Assembly (NCBI GenBank): GCA_964413925.1
Contig: CAYPUW010000001.1
Coordinates: 1 to 30,073, forward strand
Length of the DNA stretch: 30,073 nt
Direction of reading: 5' to 3'
Source of the DNA: an uncultured Rhodobacter sp.
GTDB taxonomy: Bacteria; Pseudomonadota; Alphaproteobacteria; Rhodobacterales; Rhodobacteraceae
Part shown: piece after piece, positions 17,726 through 26,443 of the stretch
How positions within the stretch are numbered: position 1 is the stretch's first letter
How the letters are laid out: every line of letters begins with the position of its first letter
Translations under genes and position numbers: made by a program
Notes under the pieces: generated by a model
Database searches by the model: none
The model's input: the letters and a program-made list of their open reading frames with translations, nothing else
What the model was told of the DNA's origin: nothing

Positions 17726-18537
17726 CAGCTTGGGACCCCCAGATAAGCGTCGATAACCGCTTGATTTCGTTGAACTTCGGCGGGAACCCCGTCGGCGATT
17801 TTCTTGCCGTAATCCAGCACCACCACCCGGTCGGCAAGGTCCATGACCACGCCCATATCGTGCTCGATCAAGGTGATCGTGGTGCCAAACTGGTCGTTCA
17901 CGTCAAGAATATAGCGGCTCATGTCCTCTTTTTCCTCGACATTCATGCCCGCCATCGGTTCATCGAGCAACAGCAAGGACGGCTCGGCAGCCAGCGCGCG
18001 ACCAAGCTCAACCCGCTTTTGCAAGCCGTAAGGCAACTGGCCCGCAGGCGTGTGGCGGATGTGTTCAAGCTCCAGAAAATCAATGATCTCCTCAACGGCG
18101 CGCCGGTGCTTGATCTCTTCATTCATCGCCGGACCATAACGCAGCATCTGCCAGATAAACCCTTTGTTCATCTTTAACGCGCGCCCTGCCATGATATTAT
18201 CCAGCGTGGACATGCCCGAAAACAGTGCAACATTTTGAAATGTCCGCGAAATCCCCGAGACCGCCGCATGGTAGGGCCGCATGCGCGAGCGGGTTTCGCC
18301 GCGAAAGGTAATCTGGCCTTCCTGCGCATGATAAAACCCGTTGATCACGTTCAGCATCGAGGTCTTGCCCGCGCCGTTCGGCCCGATTATGGCGCGAATT
18401 TCGCCCTCTAGAATATCAAACGATATATCCTTGATCGCCGTCACCCCGCCAAACCGCAGGGTGATATTCTTAACTTCCATCACCGGCCCGCCGATGGTGC
18501 GCCCGTCCGCTGTGGTGGTGGTTTGATCAAAACTCAT
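17725..18537 (-). CDS. ABC transporter ATP-binding subunit, LivG-like
   Basis: GPNGAGKTS, RTFQN..LF, LPYG.QKR.ELGRAL, LLLDEP.AG, IEHDM, V..AYLG. Confidence 0.93.
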   Translation of the reverse strand: MSFDQTTTTADGRTIGGPVMEVKNITLRFGGVTAIKDISFDILEGEIRAIIGPNGAGKTSMLNVINGFYHAQEGQITFRGETRSRMRPYHAAVSGISRTFQNVALFSGMSTLDNIMAGRALKMNKGFIWQMLRYGPAMNEEIKHRRAVEEIIDFLELEHIRHTPAGQLPYGLQKRVELGRALAAEPSLLLLDEPMAGMNVEEKEDMSRYILDVNDQFGTTITLIEHDMGVVMDLADRVVVLDYGKKIADGVPAEVQRNQAVIDAYLGVPS

Positions 18538-20504
18538 GCGGCTATTGCCCTCCGGGGGAATGTTTTGGCAGCGCGAATAGTGAGCGTCGCCGAGATCGAG
18601 CCTTTGCGCCCATCCTCATACGTCACCTCGGTGTTGGTGAAAATCTCGTCCACCTCTCCGTTCAGCGCCCCGATCAGATCGGCATATTTCTCGTCGATAA
18701 TCCGGCGGCGAACCTTGCGGGTGCGGGTCATTTCCCCGTCATCTGGATCAAGTTCCTTGTGCAAAATCAAGAATCTGTGGATCTGACACCCGTTCAGCAT
18801 CACATCATCGGCAAGCGTGGCATTGACCTCCTCAATATGGTGCTGGATCACGTCCATGACCCGCGCATGACCGGCCAATTCCTGATAGGACGAATAGCTG
18901 ACATTGTTGCGCTCGGCCCAATTACCAACCGCGCTGAGGTCGATGTTGATGAACGCTGTGCATTTGTCGGTTCCGGCCCCAAACAGCACCGCTTCCAACA
19001 CATCCGGGTAGAACTTGAGCTTATTTTCCACATATTTGGGCGCAAACAGGCTCCCATCGGCCATTTTACCCACATCCTTGGCCCGGTCGATAATCTTGAG
19101 ATGCCCCGAGCTTTCGTCGATATAGCCCGCATCCCCCGTGGCAACCCAGCCCTCGGCATCCTTGGTCGAGGCTGTGCTTTCGGGGTTTTTGTAATATTCA
19201 ACGAACACGCCGGGCGAGCGGTAATAGACCTCGCCATTATCGCCGATCTTGATCTCGACACCGGGGGCCGGCACGCCAACCGTGTCGGCACGCACCTCGC
19301 CATCAGGCTGGATCGTGATGTAAACCGAGGCCTCGGTCTGGCCGTAAAGCTGCTTGAGATTGATCCCGAGCGAGCGGTAAAATTCAAAAATCTCCGGCCC
19401 GATCGCCTCGCCCGCGGTATAGCCAATGCGAACACGGCTCATGCCCATGCGGTTCTTGAGCGGGCCGTAAACCAGAATATTGCCGAGCGCATATTTCAGC
19501 CGGTCACCAAGAGCCACCGATTTGCCGTCAAGAATATCGCCGCCGACCTTTTTGGCATGGTCCAAAAAATAGTTAAACATCCGGCGTTTGGTCTTTCCGG
19601 CATCCTCCATGCGGATCATCACCGCCGTCAGCACACCCTCAAAGAACCGTGGAGGTGCAAAGAAATACGACGGCCCGATCTCGCGCAGATCGTTTTGCAT
19701 GGTGATCTCGCTTTCGGGGCAAGAAACGCAAAACCCGGTCCAGTAACATTGGCCGATCGAAAAGATGAAATCACCGACCCACGCCATCGGCAGATAGGCC
19801 AGCACGCTGTCGCCGACGTTCAAATCATCAAACTCCGACGATGATTTCGCCGATTCGATGATATTGCGGTTGGAGAGCACCACACCCTTGGGCTTGCCGG
19901 TGGTGCCAGACGTATAAAGCATAACGCAGGTGGTGTCGTAGTTTTGCACAACCTCCCGCTTGGCCAGCACCGGCGAAAGCCGCTCTCGCGCGGCCCGGCC
20001 CTCTTTTTGAATATCCTTCAAGGCATGCAGGGTCGTGTGGTCATATTTGCGCATACCACGCGGCTCCAGATAGATGATCTGCTCAAGCGCCGGTAGTTTA
20101 TCCTGTATTTCCAAAACCTTATCGACCTGCTCTTGATTTTCGGCAATCACATATCGCGCCGTGCAATGGCCCAGAACATAGCCCATCTCATCGGCAACCG
20201 CATCTTGATAGAGGGGAACCGGCACCGCGCCAACTTTTTGGGCGGCAACCATCGACCAATAAAGCGCGGGGCGATTGCGGCCAATAATCGCCACATGATC
20301 GCCGATCTCAACACCAAGCGCCAAAAACCCAAGCGCCAGCGCAGTGATTTCGTCCTCAAGCTCGGCCCAGCTCCAGCTTTGCCAGATGCCAAACTCTTTT
20401 TCACGGTTCGCAGCCTTGTCACCCATCTCGCGCGCATTACGCGCCAGCAGTTTGGGGACAGTATCCAGATCACCCGAGGGCGCTGTTTGTGCGGTCAAAT
20501 TCAT
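18534..20504 (-). CDS. Long-chain acyl-CoA synthetase (AMP-binding, FadD15/ACSL-like), 656 aa
   Basis: Start MNLTAQ at 20504 behind AAGGGGAGG. YTSGTTGKPKG, LAYLP..W, YGQTE, TGDAG, IIDR.KD, P..VEN.LK, T.T.K..R. The stop overlaps the next ATG (ATGA). Confidence 0.92.
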   Translation of the reverse strand: MNLTAQTAPSGDLDTVPKLLARNAREMGDKAANREKEFGIWQSWSWAELEDEITALALGFLALGVEIGDHVAIIGRNRPALYWSMVAAQKVGAVPVPLYQDAVADEMGYVLGHCTARYVIAENQEQVDKVLEIQDKLPALEQIIYLEPRGMRKYDHTTLHALKDIQKEGRAARERLSPVLAKREVVQNYDTTCVMLYTSGTTGKPKGVVLSNRNIIESAKSSSEFDDLNVGDSVLAYLPMAWVGDFIFSIGQCYWTGFCVSCPESEITMQNDLREIGPSYFFAPPRFFEGVLTAVMIRMEDAGKTKRRMFNYFLDHAKKVGGDILDGKSVALGDRLKYALGNILVYGPLKNRMGMSRVRIGYTAGEAIGPEIFEFYRSLGINLKQLYGQTEASVYITIQPDGEVRADTVGVPAPGVEIKIGDNGEVYYRSPGVFVEYYKNPESTASTKDAEGWVATGDAGYIDESSGHLKIIDRAKDVGKMADGSLFAPKYVENKLKFYPDVLEAVLFGAGTDKCTAFINIDLSAVGNWAERNNVSYSSYQELAGHARVMDVIQHHIEEVNATLADDVMLNGCQIHRFLILHKELDPDDGEMTRTRKVRRRIIDEKYADLIGALNGEVDEIFTNTEVTYEDGRKGSISATLTIRAAKTFPRRAIAA

Positions 20505-20568
20505 TCCTCCCCTTCGCTGGGCAGACGCCAGCGTACGATTCCGCCAAACGAGCGAATCCGTGATAGTC

Positions 20569-20636
20569 TTGACCCGTCTTTGGTGCAGGTCAATTGCTTC
20601 ATGAGTTTTTCGCAATTGTATCCAATTGTAACAAGT
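20569..20636. promoter_or_regulatory. Divergent control region with phased direct repeats and a dyad
   Basis: CAATTGTA at 20613-20620 and 20623-20630 (10-bp period), a third CAATTG at 20591-20596, and TTGACC-N13-GGTCAA at 20569-20593. Confidence 0.5.
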
Positions 20637-20709
20637 CACGTCTTCGCTATCTGGTGCTGGTCAAACCGGCCTTGGCAATGGTAGCGATGGACGCGAAAGG
20701 GGCGATCTT

Positions 20710-22644
20710 GTGGCGCATGGTGCAAATAAAACCTCGGCACTCACCCGAGCCGGTCTGAACCTGATCCAGCAGGCCTTGTCGATTTATGACGGCGATCTGC
20801 GCTTGGCGCTGTGCAATAGCCGCTTTCAGGAAATGTTCGGCCTGCCCGAGCAACTAACCACGCCGGGAGCGCTGTTTTCCGACACCATCCGCTTTTTGGC
20901 GGAATGCGGAGATTACGGCCAAATCGACGATCTGGACGAGTATGTTGCCGAAAAAGTCCAACAAGCACTGGCGTTCAAACCGCATTATGTGGAGCGCGAG
21001 CGCGCCAATGGCCGTACGATTTCGGTCGAGGGCAGCCCACTCCCACAAGGCGGCTGGGTCACGGTTTACACCGATATTACCGCGATAAAACGCCAAGAGG
21101 CGCTGCTACGCAGCCATTCCGCCCATCTATCCGACCAGCTATTAAGCCACTCCGAAGATCTCGCGCGCGCCAACCGCGAGCTGGCCGCAACCATCGCCAC
21201 GCTTGAGGAAACCAAGCGCCACCTGACCGAAAGCGAGGCCCTGACCCGTACCACCACCGAAATGATGCCCGCCCATATCGCCCATATCAGCCTTGACGAG
21301 GTCTACACCTATTCCAATGGCCAGTTGCGCTCAGTCATGCCCGACGGCCCGCCCGAGGTCGAAGGCGAGCGCGTCAGCCGCGCGCTTGGCGGCGAGATAT
21401 ATCCCATCGTCAAACCCTATTTCGACAACGCCTGCCAAGGACAACCCAGCGTGTTTGAGTTCTCTCATTCCGAAGGGGCGCGGCGCTGCCGTGTCGCCCT
21501 CACGCCGGGGCGCGGAGCGGACGATAAGGTCAATGGCGTCTATGTCATGTCGATGGATATCACCGACGAGGTGCAAGCGCGCGCGGCCCTGATGCAGACC
21601 CATAAACGCGAACTTGCCGCCCAGCTCACCAGCGGTCTGGCCCATGATTTCGCCAATCTTCTGACCATCATTCTCGGGCTTCAAGGCCAGCTTGAAAAAC
21701 AGCCCGATCTTGGGGAGGATGCGCGGGAGCTGATTTCCACCACGCGCGCCGCTGCCCTGCGCGGCGGGGTTTTGCTCGACCGTTTGTCCAATATTTCAGG
21801 CCAGCGCGACCTGCATCCAACCTCGACCGATCTGGCGGAATTATTCCGGGATATCGGGGCCATGGCGTCGCCCTCGCTGCCGGACCTGACCGAGCTTTCG
21901 CTGGATTGCGGCACGATGAAACGTCCGGTCATTCTGGATAGCGGCTTTTTTCAAGACGCGCTGTTGAACCTTATTCTCAACGCTCGCGACGCCATCGGGC
22001 CGGGGGGCGGGGCGATCCGGGTGCGGGCCTCGGCTTTGCGCGACACTTGGCTTGAGTTGAAGGTCCGCGATACCGGCGCAGGGTTCTCGCCCGACGCGCT
22101 GATGCGAGGGCTGGAGCCGTTTTACACCACCAAGCGCAATGACGAAGGCTCGGGCCTTGGCCTCTCGATGGTTTACGATTTCGCCCAGCTTTCGGGCGGT
22201 CTGGTCAAGCTCGCCAATAGCGTCACAGGCGGTGGGGTCGTGACCATGCGCTTGCCGCTAAAATATGGTCAGGAGCCAACCGCGCCACGGCTGGTCTTGC
22301 TGGTCGAAGACAGCCCCGAAATCCGCACCAACCTACGCGAAATGCTGCGCGATCTTGGCCATAGCGTGCTGGAGGCCTCAAGCGCGGAAGAGGCCGAATC
22401 CCTCGCCCAAATCCCCGAGATCGACACAGTTTTGACCGATATCACCCTTAACGGCAGCAAAACCGGGCTTGATCTGGCCCGCGCGCTCAGACGCGCACAC
22501 AACCCGTCACGGGTATTTTTGATGACCTCGCGCGCAGCCAATGACGAAATCAGGCGCGCCGCAGAACAAGAATTCCCGCTGCTCAGCAAACCGTTTTCAA
22601 TCGCCGAGCTGACCGGATTTCTAGAGGCCGACCACATATCATGA
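20710..22644 (+). CDS. Soluble hybrid sensor histidine kinase (PAS-fold, coiled coil, PAS, HisKA, HATPase, REC)
   Basis: No transmembrane stretch. SIYDGDLRL..CNSRF..MF (PAS-fold), H box GLAHDFAN, N box NLILNARDA, DTGAG, EPFYTTK, GSGLGL, and receiver LVED...VLTD...SKPF. GTG start behind AAGGGG. Confidence 0.93.
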   Translation: MAHGANKTSALTRAGLNLIQQALSIYDGDLRLALCNSRFQEMFGLPEQLTTPGALFSDTIRFLAECGDYGQIDDLDEYVAEKVQQALAFKPHYVERERANGRTISVEGSPLPQGGWVTVYTDITAIKRQEALLRSHSAHLSDQLLSHSEDLARANRELAATIATLEETKRHLTESEALTRTTTEMMPAHIAHISLDEVYTYSNGQLRSVMPDGPPEVEGERVSRALGGEIYPIVKPYFDNACQGQPSVFEFSHSEGARRCRVALTPGRGADDKVNGVYVMSMDITDEVQARAALMQTHKRELAAQLTSGLAHDFANLLTIILGLQGQLEKQPDLGEDARELISTTRAAALRGGVLLDRLSNISGQRDLHPTSTDLAELFRDIGAMASPSLPDLTELSLDCGTMKRPVILDSGFFQDALLNLILNARDAIGPGGGAIRVRASALRDTWLELKVRDTGAGFSPDALMRGLEPFYTTKRNDEGSGLGLSMVYDFAQLSGGLVKLANSVTGGGVVTMRLPLKYGQEPTAPRLVLLVEDSPEIRTNLREMLRDLGHSVLEASSAEEAESLAQIPEIDTVLTDITLNGSKTGLDLARALRRAHNPSRVFLMTSRAANDEIRRAAEQEFPLLSKPFSIAELTGFLEADHIS

Positions 22645-23363
22645 CCGACAAATCCCCAGCACATGCGCCCATGGTCGCCATACTCGATGACGAGCCGCAA
22701 ATCCGCCTGATGCTATCGGACGCCCTGCAAGACGCCGGATTTCGCACCGCCAGTTTCGGGCGTGCGACCGAGTTTGAGGCCGCTCTTGCCACCTTGTCAC
22801 CCAGCATTTGTCTGGTGGATCTCGGCCTGCCAGACAAAGATGGGTTGGCGTTGGTGCATCGCTTGGCGCTGGAAAGCGGCGCGGCGATCATCATCATTTC
22901 TGGGCGCGCACAAGTGCAAGACAAGGTCACGGGGCTGGAGCTTGGGGCGGATGACTACATCATCAAACCGTTTGATCCCGCCGAGGTGGTGGCGCGGGCG
23001 CGCGCCCTGTTGCGTCGGGGCCGCGTGGTTGAAATCAGCGCGCCAAACACCGCCAAATTCGCCGGCTGGACCGCGCGCTTTGAGCGCTTCACACTGGAGG
23101 CCGCTGACGGCGAAATCATCCCCTTCAGCCAAGCCGAAGGCGAGGTTCTGCGCCTGTTTCTCAACGCCCCCAACCGGCTGATTTCGCGCGCGCAGATGCA
23201 AGAAAGCCTTGGCGGTCTTGCAGGCGAAAGCTTTGATCGCGCGATGGATGTTCGCGTTTCACGCCTGCGCACCAAGCTGCGCGAAGACCCAAAAAACCCC
23301 AAACTTATCAAGACCATATACGGGGCTGGCTATATATTTCTCGGCGAGGTTGATTGGTCCTGA
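22641..23363 (+). CDS. OmpR/PhoB-family response regulator
   Basis: ILDDE...CLVDLGLP..DG, GADDYIIKPF, and winged-helix RAMDVRVSRLR.KL...P....TIYGAGY. The ATG overlaps the kinase stop. Confidence 0.95.
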   Translation: MTDKSPAHAPMVAILDDEPQIRLMLSDALQDAGFRTASFGRATEFEAALATLSPSICLVDLGLPDKDGLALVHRLALESGAAIIIISGRAQVQDKVTGLELGADDYIIKPFDPAEVVARARALLRRGRVVEISAPNTAKFAGWTARFERFTLEAADGEIIPFSQAEGEVLRLFLNAPNRLISRAQMQESLGGLAGESFDRAMDVRVSRLRTKLREDPKNPKLIKTIYGAGYIFLGEVDWS

Positions 23364-23380
23364 TGCCGCATATTTTTTGA

Positions 23381-23410
23381 TTGAACGCACGCGCAAAAAC
23401 TTGCTAAAAC
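23381..23410 (+). promoter_or_regulatory. Possible promoter giving a leaderless transcript for the 52-aa ORF
   Basis: TTGAAC(23381-23386)-18 nt-TAAAAC(23405-23410). The predicted +1 coincides with the A of ATG 23417. The -7 position is not T. Confidence 0.35.
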
Positions 23411-23416
23411 CTCATC

Positions 23417-23575
23417 ATGAACGCTTTCAGCATTGCATATTTCGGCGTGGTCTGCGCCCTGCTCGCTTATGGCGCGCCGTTTCTGCAAACCACATTCCGG
23501 CGCGTCTTATTCGGCCTCTGCACCGGCCTGATCGCCGCCGTTTTGATGCCGCTCATACGCAGCTATTTTTTCTAA
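23417..23575 (+). CDS. Small two-helix membrane protein, 52 aa (below the ORF-track cutoff)
   Basis: MNAFSIAYFGVVCALLAYGAPFLQTTFRRVLFGLCTGLIAAVLMPLIRSYFF*. Two hydrophobic segments joined by a loop with RR; it fills the otherwise empty 237-bp gap. Confidence 0.65.
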   Translation: MNAFSIAYFGVVCALLAYGAPFLQTTFRRVLFGLCTGLIAAVLMPLIRSYFF

Positions 23576-23600
23576 GCACAGCCTAAAATTCAGCGCCAAT

Positions 23601-26381
23601 TCACTCCGCCGCCAGCGAGCTGTCAACTTTCTCAACCCTGACAGCGGAAAACTTGAACTCGGGAATTTTACCCACCGGATCAAGCGCCGCATTGGTCAGG
23701 ATATTGGCCGCAGCCTCTACATAAGCAAACGGCAAAAACACCATATCCTCGGCCACCGCACGATCCGCGCGCGCCATAGTGACGATGGAGCCGCGCTTGG
23801 TGGTCAGACGGATCAATCCGCCCGGATCAACGCCCAGCGCGCGCAGGGTTTTGGGGTGAAGCGAGCAGTTTGCCTCCGGCTCCACCGCGTCCAGAACTCG
23901 CGAACGCCGGGTCATCGAGCCGGTGTGCCAATGCTCCAACTGCCGCCCCGTGGTCAGGATCATCGGGTATTGCGCATCCGGCACATCATCGGGCGCAATG
24001 ATCGAAGCGGGGGTAAATTTCGCCCGCCCTTCAGGCCGCGGGAACCCGTCGCCAAACACAATCGCCTGACCGGGATCAGTTGGCGACAGCGACGGATAGG
24101 TGACCGTCTCGCGCGTCAACCGCTCCCAAGTGATGTTATCGAGCGACTTCATGCTTTGCTTCATCTCGGCGAAAATCTCCGACGGATGGTTGTAATTCCA
24201 GTCCAGCCCCAGCCGCTGCGCAAGCTCGGTGGTGATGCGCCAATCCTCGCGCGCCTCGCCGGGAGGGGGAACCGCCTGACGTCCCATTTGCACCTGACGG
24301 TTGGTGTTGGTGACGGTGCCGGTCTTTTCGGCAAACGCGCTCGCAGGCAAAATCACGTCAGCATAATTGGCGGTTTCGGTGAGGAAAATATCCTGAACCA
24401 CCAGATGATCAAGCGCCGCCAACGCATTACGCGCATGTTCCACATTAGGGTCGGACATGGCGGGATTTTCACCCATAATATACATGCCGCGAATATTTCC
24501 CGCATGAACATCATCCATGATCTCGACCACGGTCAGGCCCTTTTCGGCAGAAAAATCATGCTCTGATTGCCAAATTTCGTTAAAGGCCGAGCGCACGCCA
24601 TCATCGGTAACAGATTGATAATCCGGCAAAAACATCGGGACTAACCCCGCGTCAGAGGCCCCTTGAACATTGTTCTGGCCTCTGAGCGGATGCAGGCCGG
24701 TTCCGGGGCGACCAACTTGGCCGCACATCAGCGCCAGCGAGATCAGGCAACGCGCATTATCAGTGCCGTGAATATGCTGGCTGACCCCCATGCCCCAGAA
24801 AATCATCCCGGCTTTGGCGTTGGCAAATATACGCGCCACTTCGCGCAGTTCACCAGCCGAAATACCACAAATCTCGGCCATATTTTCTGGTGTAAAATCA
24901 GCAAGATGGGCCTTTTGCGCCGCCCAGTTTTCGGTATAGGCCGCAATATATTGCTGGTCGTAAAGGTTTTCTTCAATAATTGCCTGCATGATCGCGTTTA
25001 ACATCGACACGTCTGTTCCGGGCCGGAATTTCAGCATGTTGGTGGCATAACGGCCCAGCGCCACGCCGCGAGGGTCCATCACGATCAGTTTGCCACCGCG
25101 CTTGGTGAACTGCTTGAAATAGGTTGCCGCGACCGGATGATTTTCGATCGGGTTACAGCCAATGACGATCGCCACATCGGCGTTCTCGATCTGGTTAAAG
25201 GTGGCAGTGACCGCACCAGAACCGATATTCTCCATCAGCGCTGCCACGCTGGAGGCATGGCAAAGCCGTGTGCAGTGATCAACATTATTGTGACCAAAGC
25301 CCTGACGGATCAGCTTTTGAAACAAATAGGCCTCTTCATTGGTGCATTTGGCCGACCCAAACCCGGCAACGGACCGCGCGCCTTTTTGGTCGCGCAGACG
25401 GGCAAGACCAGAGGCAGCAACCTCCATCGCCTCCTCCCACGAGGCCTCGCGAAAATGGGTCAGCACATTGCCAGGGTCCACATTCAGCCCCTTGGCAGGT
25501 GCATCATCGCGGCGGATAAGCGGCTTAGTCAGCCGGTGCTCGTGGTGGATATAGTCAAAGCCGAACCGACCTTTGACGCAAAGACGCTGCTCATTGGCCG
25601 GCCCATCAAGCCCGTCCACATATTTAATGCGCCCGTCCTTGATTTTCAACGAAATCTGGCAGCCCACGCCGCAAAACGGGCAAATACTGGCAACCTCGCG
25701 GTCAAAATCAGCGCTGTCGCCGACCTGCCCGGCATCAAGCACACTCGCGGGCATCAGCGCCCCCGTCGGACAGGCCTGCACACATTCACCACAAGCCACG
25801 CAGGTCGAGAGACCCATCGGATCATTCATGTCAAAAACGATCTGGCTACCTTGCCCCCGTCCGGCCATGCCGATCACATCATTCACCTGCACTTCACGGC
25901 ACGCACGCACGCACAGATTGCACTGAATACAGGCGTCAAGATTGACCCGCATCGCCACATGGCTGTCATCCAACAGCGGCACACGCGCGCTGTCAACCGG
26001 CGCGAATCGACTGCCGCTCAGGCCTTGCATTTGCGCCATCCGCCAAAACTGCGAGGACTTATCATGCGCCACATCCTGCGGCGGTTGATCCGCCAACAAT
26101 AACTCCATCACCATCTTTCGCGCGGTATCGGCGCGCGCAGATTGCGATTTGACCACCATCCCCTCGCTCGGCACACGAATGCAAGACGCCGCCAACGTAC
26201 GCTCCCCATCGATCTCCACCATGCAGGCGCGGCAATTGCCGTCACTACGATACCCCGGCTCACCGGAATGACAAAGATGAGGGATTTCGGTGCCTTCGCG
26301 CTTGGCGACCTCCCAAATCGTTTCGCCGGGCTGGGCGGTGACGAGCTTGTCGTCCAATAAAAAAGTAACGGGGTCCGACAT
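23601..26381 (-). CDS. fdhF: Formate dehydrogenase alpha subunit, Cys-ligated Mo/W-bis-MGD, cytoplasmic; resembles Methylorubrum extorquens FDH1 alpha
   Basis: [2Fe-2S] HLC...GNCRAC...AASC; 2x[4Fe-4S] CIQCNLC..AC and CVACGEC..ACP; CPFCGVGC...LCVKG; active site NNVDHCTRLCH; LRGQNNVQG; TGR.LEHWHTG. No Tat signal. Confidence 0.93.
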   Translation of the reverse strand: MSDPVTFLLDDKLVTAQPGETIWEVAKREGTEIPHLCHSGEPGYRSDGNCRACMVEIDGERTLAASCIRVPSEGMVVKSQSARADTARKMVMELLLADQPPQDVAHDKSSQFWRMAQMQGLSGSRFAPVDSARVPLLDDSHVAMRVNLDACIQCNLCVRACREVQVNDVIGMAGRGQGSQIVFDMNDPMGLSTCVACGECVQACPTGALMPASVLDAGQVGDSADFDREVASICPFCGVGCQISLKIKDGRIKYVDGLDGPANEQRLCVKGRFGFDYIHHEHRLTKPLIRRDDAPAKGLNVDPGNVLTHFREASWEEAMEVAASGLARLRDQKGARSVAGFGSAKCTNEEAYLFQKLIRQGFGHNNVDHCTRLCHASSVAALMENIGSGAVTATFNQIENADVAIVIGCNPIENHPVAATYFKQFTKRGGKLIVMDPRGVALGRYATNMLKFRPGTDVSMLNAIMQAIIEENLYDQQYIAAYTENWAAQKAHLADFTPENMAEICGISAGELREVARIFANAKAGMIFWGMGVSQHIHGTDNARCLISLALMCGQVGRPGTGLHPLRGQNNVQGASDAGLVPMFLPDYQSVTDDGVRSAFNEIWQSEHDFSAEKGLTVVEIMDDVHAGNIRGMYIMGENPAMSDPNVEHARNALAALDHLVVQDIFLTETANYADVILPASAFAEKTGTVTNTNRQVQMGRQAVPPPGEAREDWRITTELAQRLGLDWNYNHPSEIFAEMKQSMKSLDNITWERLTRETVTYPSLSPTDPGQAIVFGDGFPRPEGRAKFTPASIIAPDDVPDAQYPMILTTGRQLEHWHTGSMTRRSRVLDAVEPEANCSLHPKTLRALGVDPGGLIRLTTKRGSIVTMARADRAVAEDMVFLPFAYVEAAANILTNAALDPVGKIPEFKFSAVRVEKVDSSLAAE

Positions 26382-26414
26382 AAAAATCTCCGCGAATGGC
26401 AGGCGTTACCCACA

Positions 26415-26443
26415 AGCTTAAACCACGTTTGCAAGCGCGGCAA
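26415..26443 (-). promoter_or_regulatory. Putative sigma70 promoter of the fdh alpha gene
   Basis: Minus strand TTGCCG-17 nt-TAAGCT, then GGAGA 5 nt before the ATG at 26381. Confidence 0.45.

Noticed and set aside
20505-20639. 45-residue N-terminal extension of the acyl-CoA ligase
   Set aside because: It runs through the divergent promoter region and is not ligase-like. ATG 20504 has a purine-rich RBS.
23601-26381. Selenocysteine recoding in the formate dehydrogenase
   Set aside because: The frame is uninterrupted and the metal ligand is Cys (RLCH).
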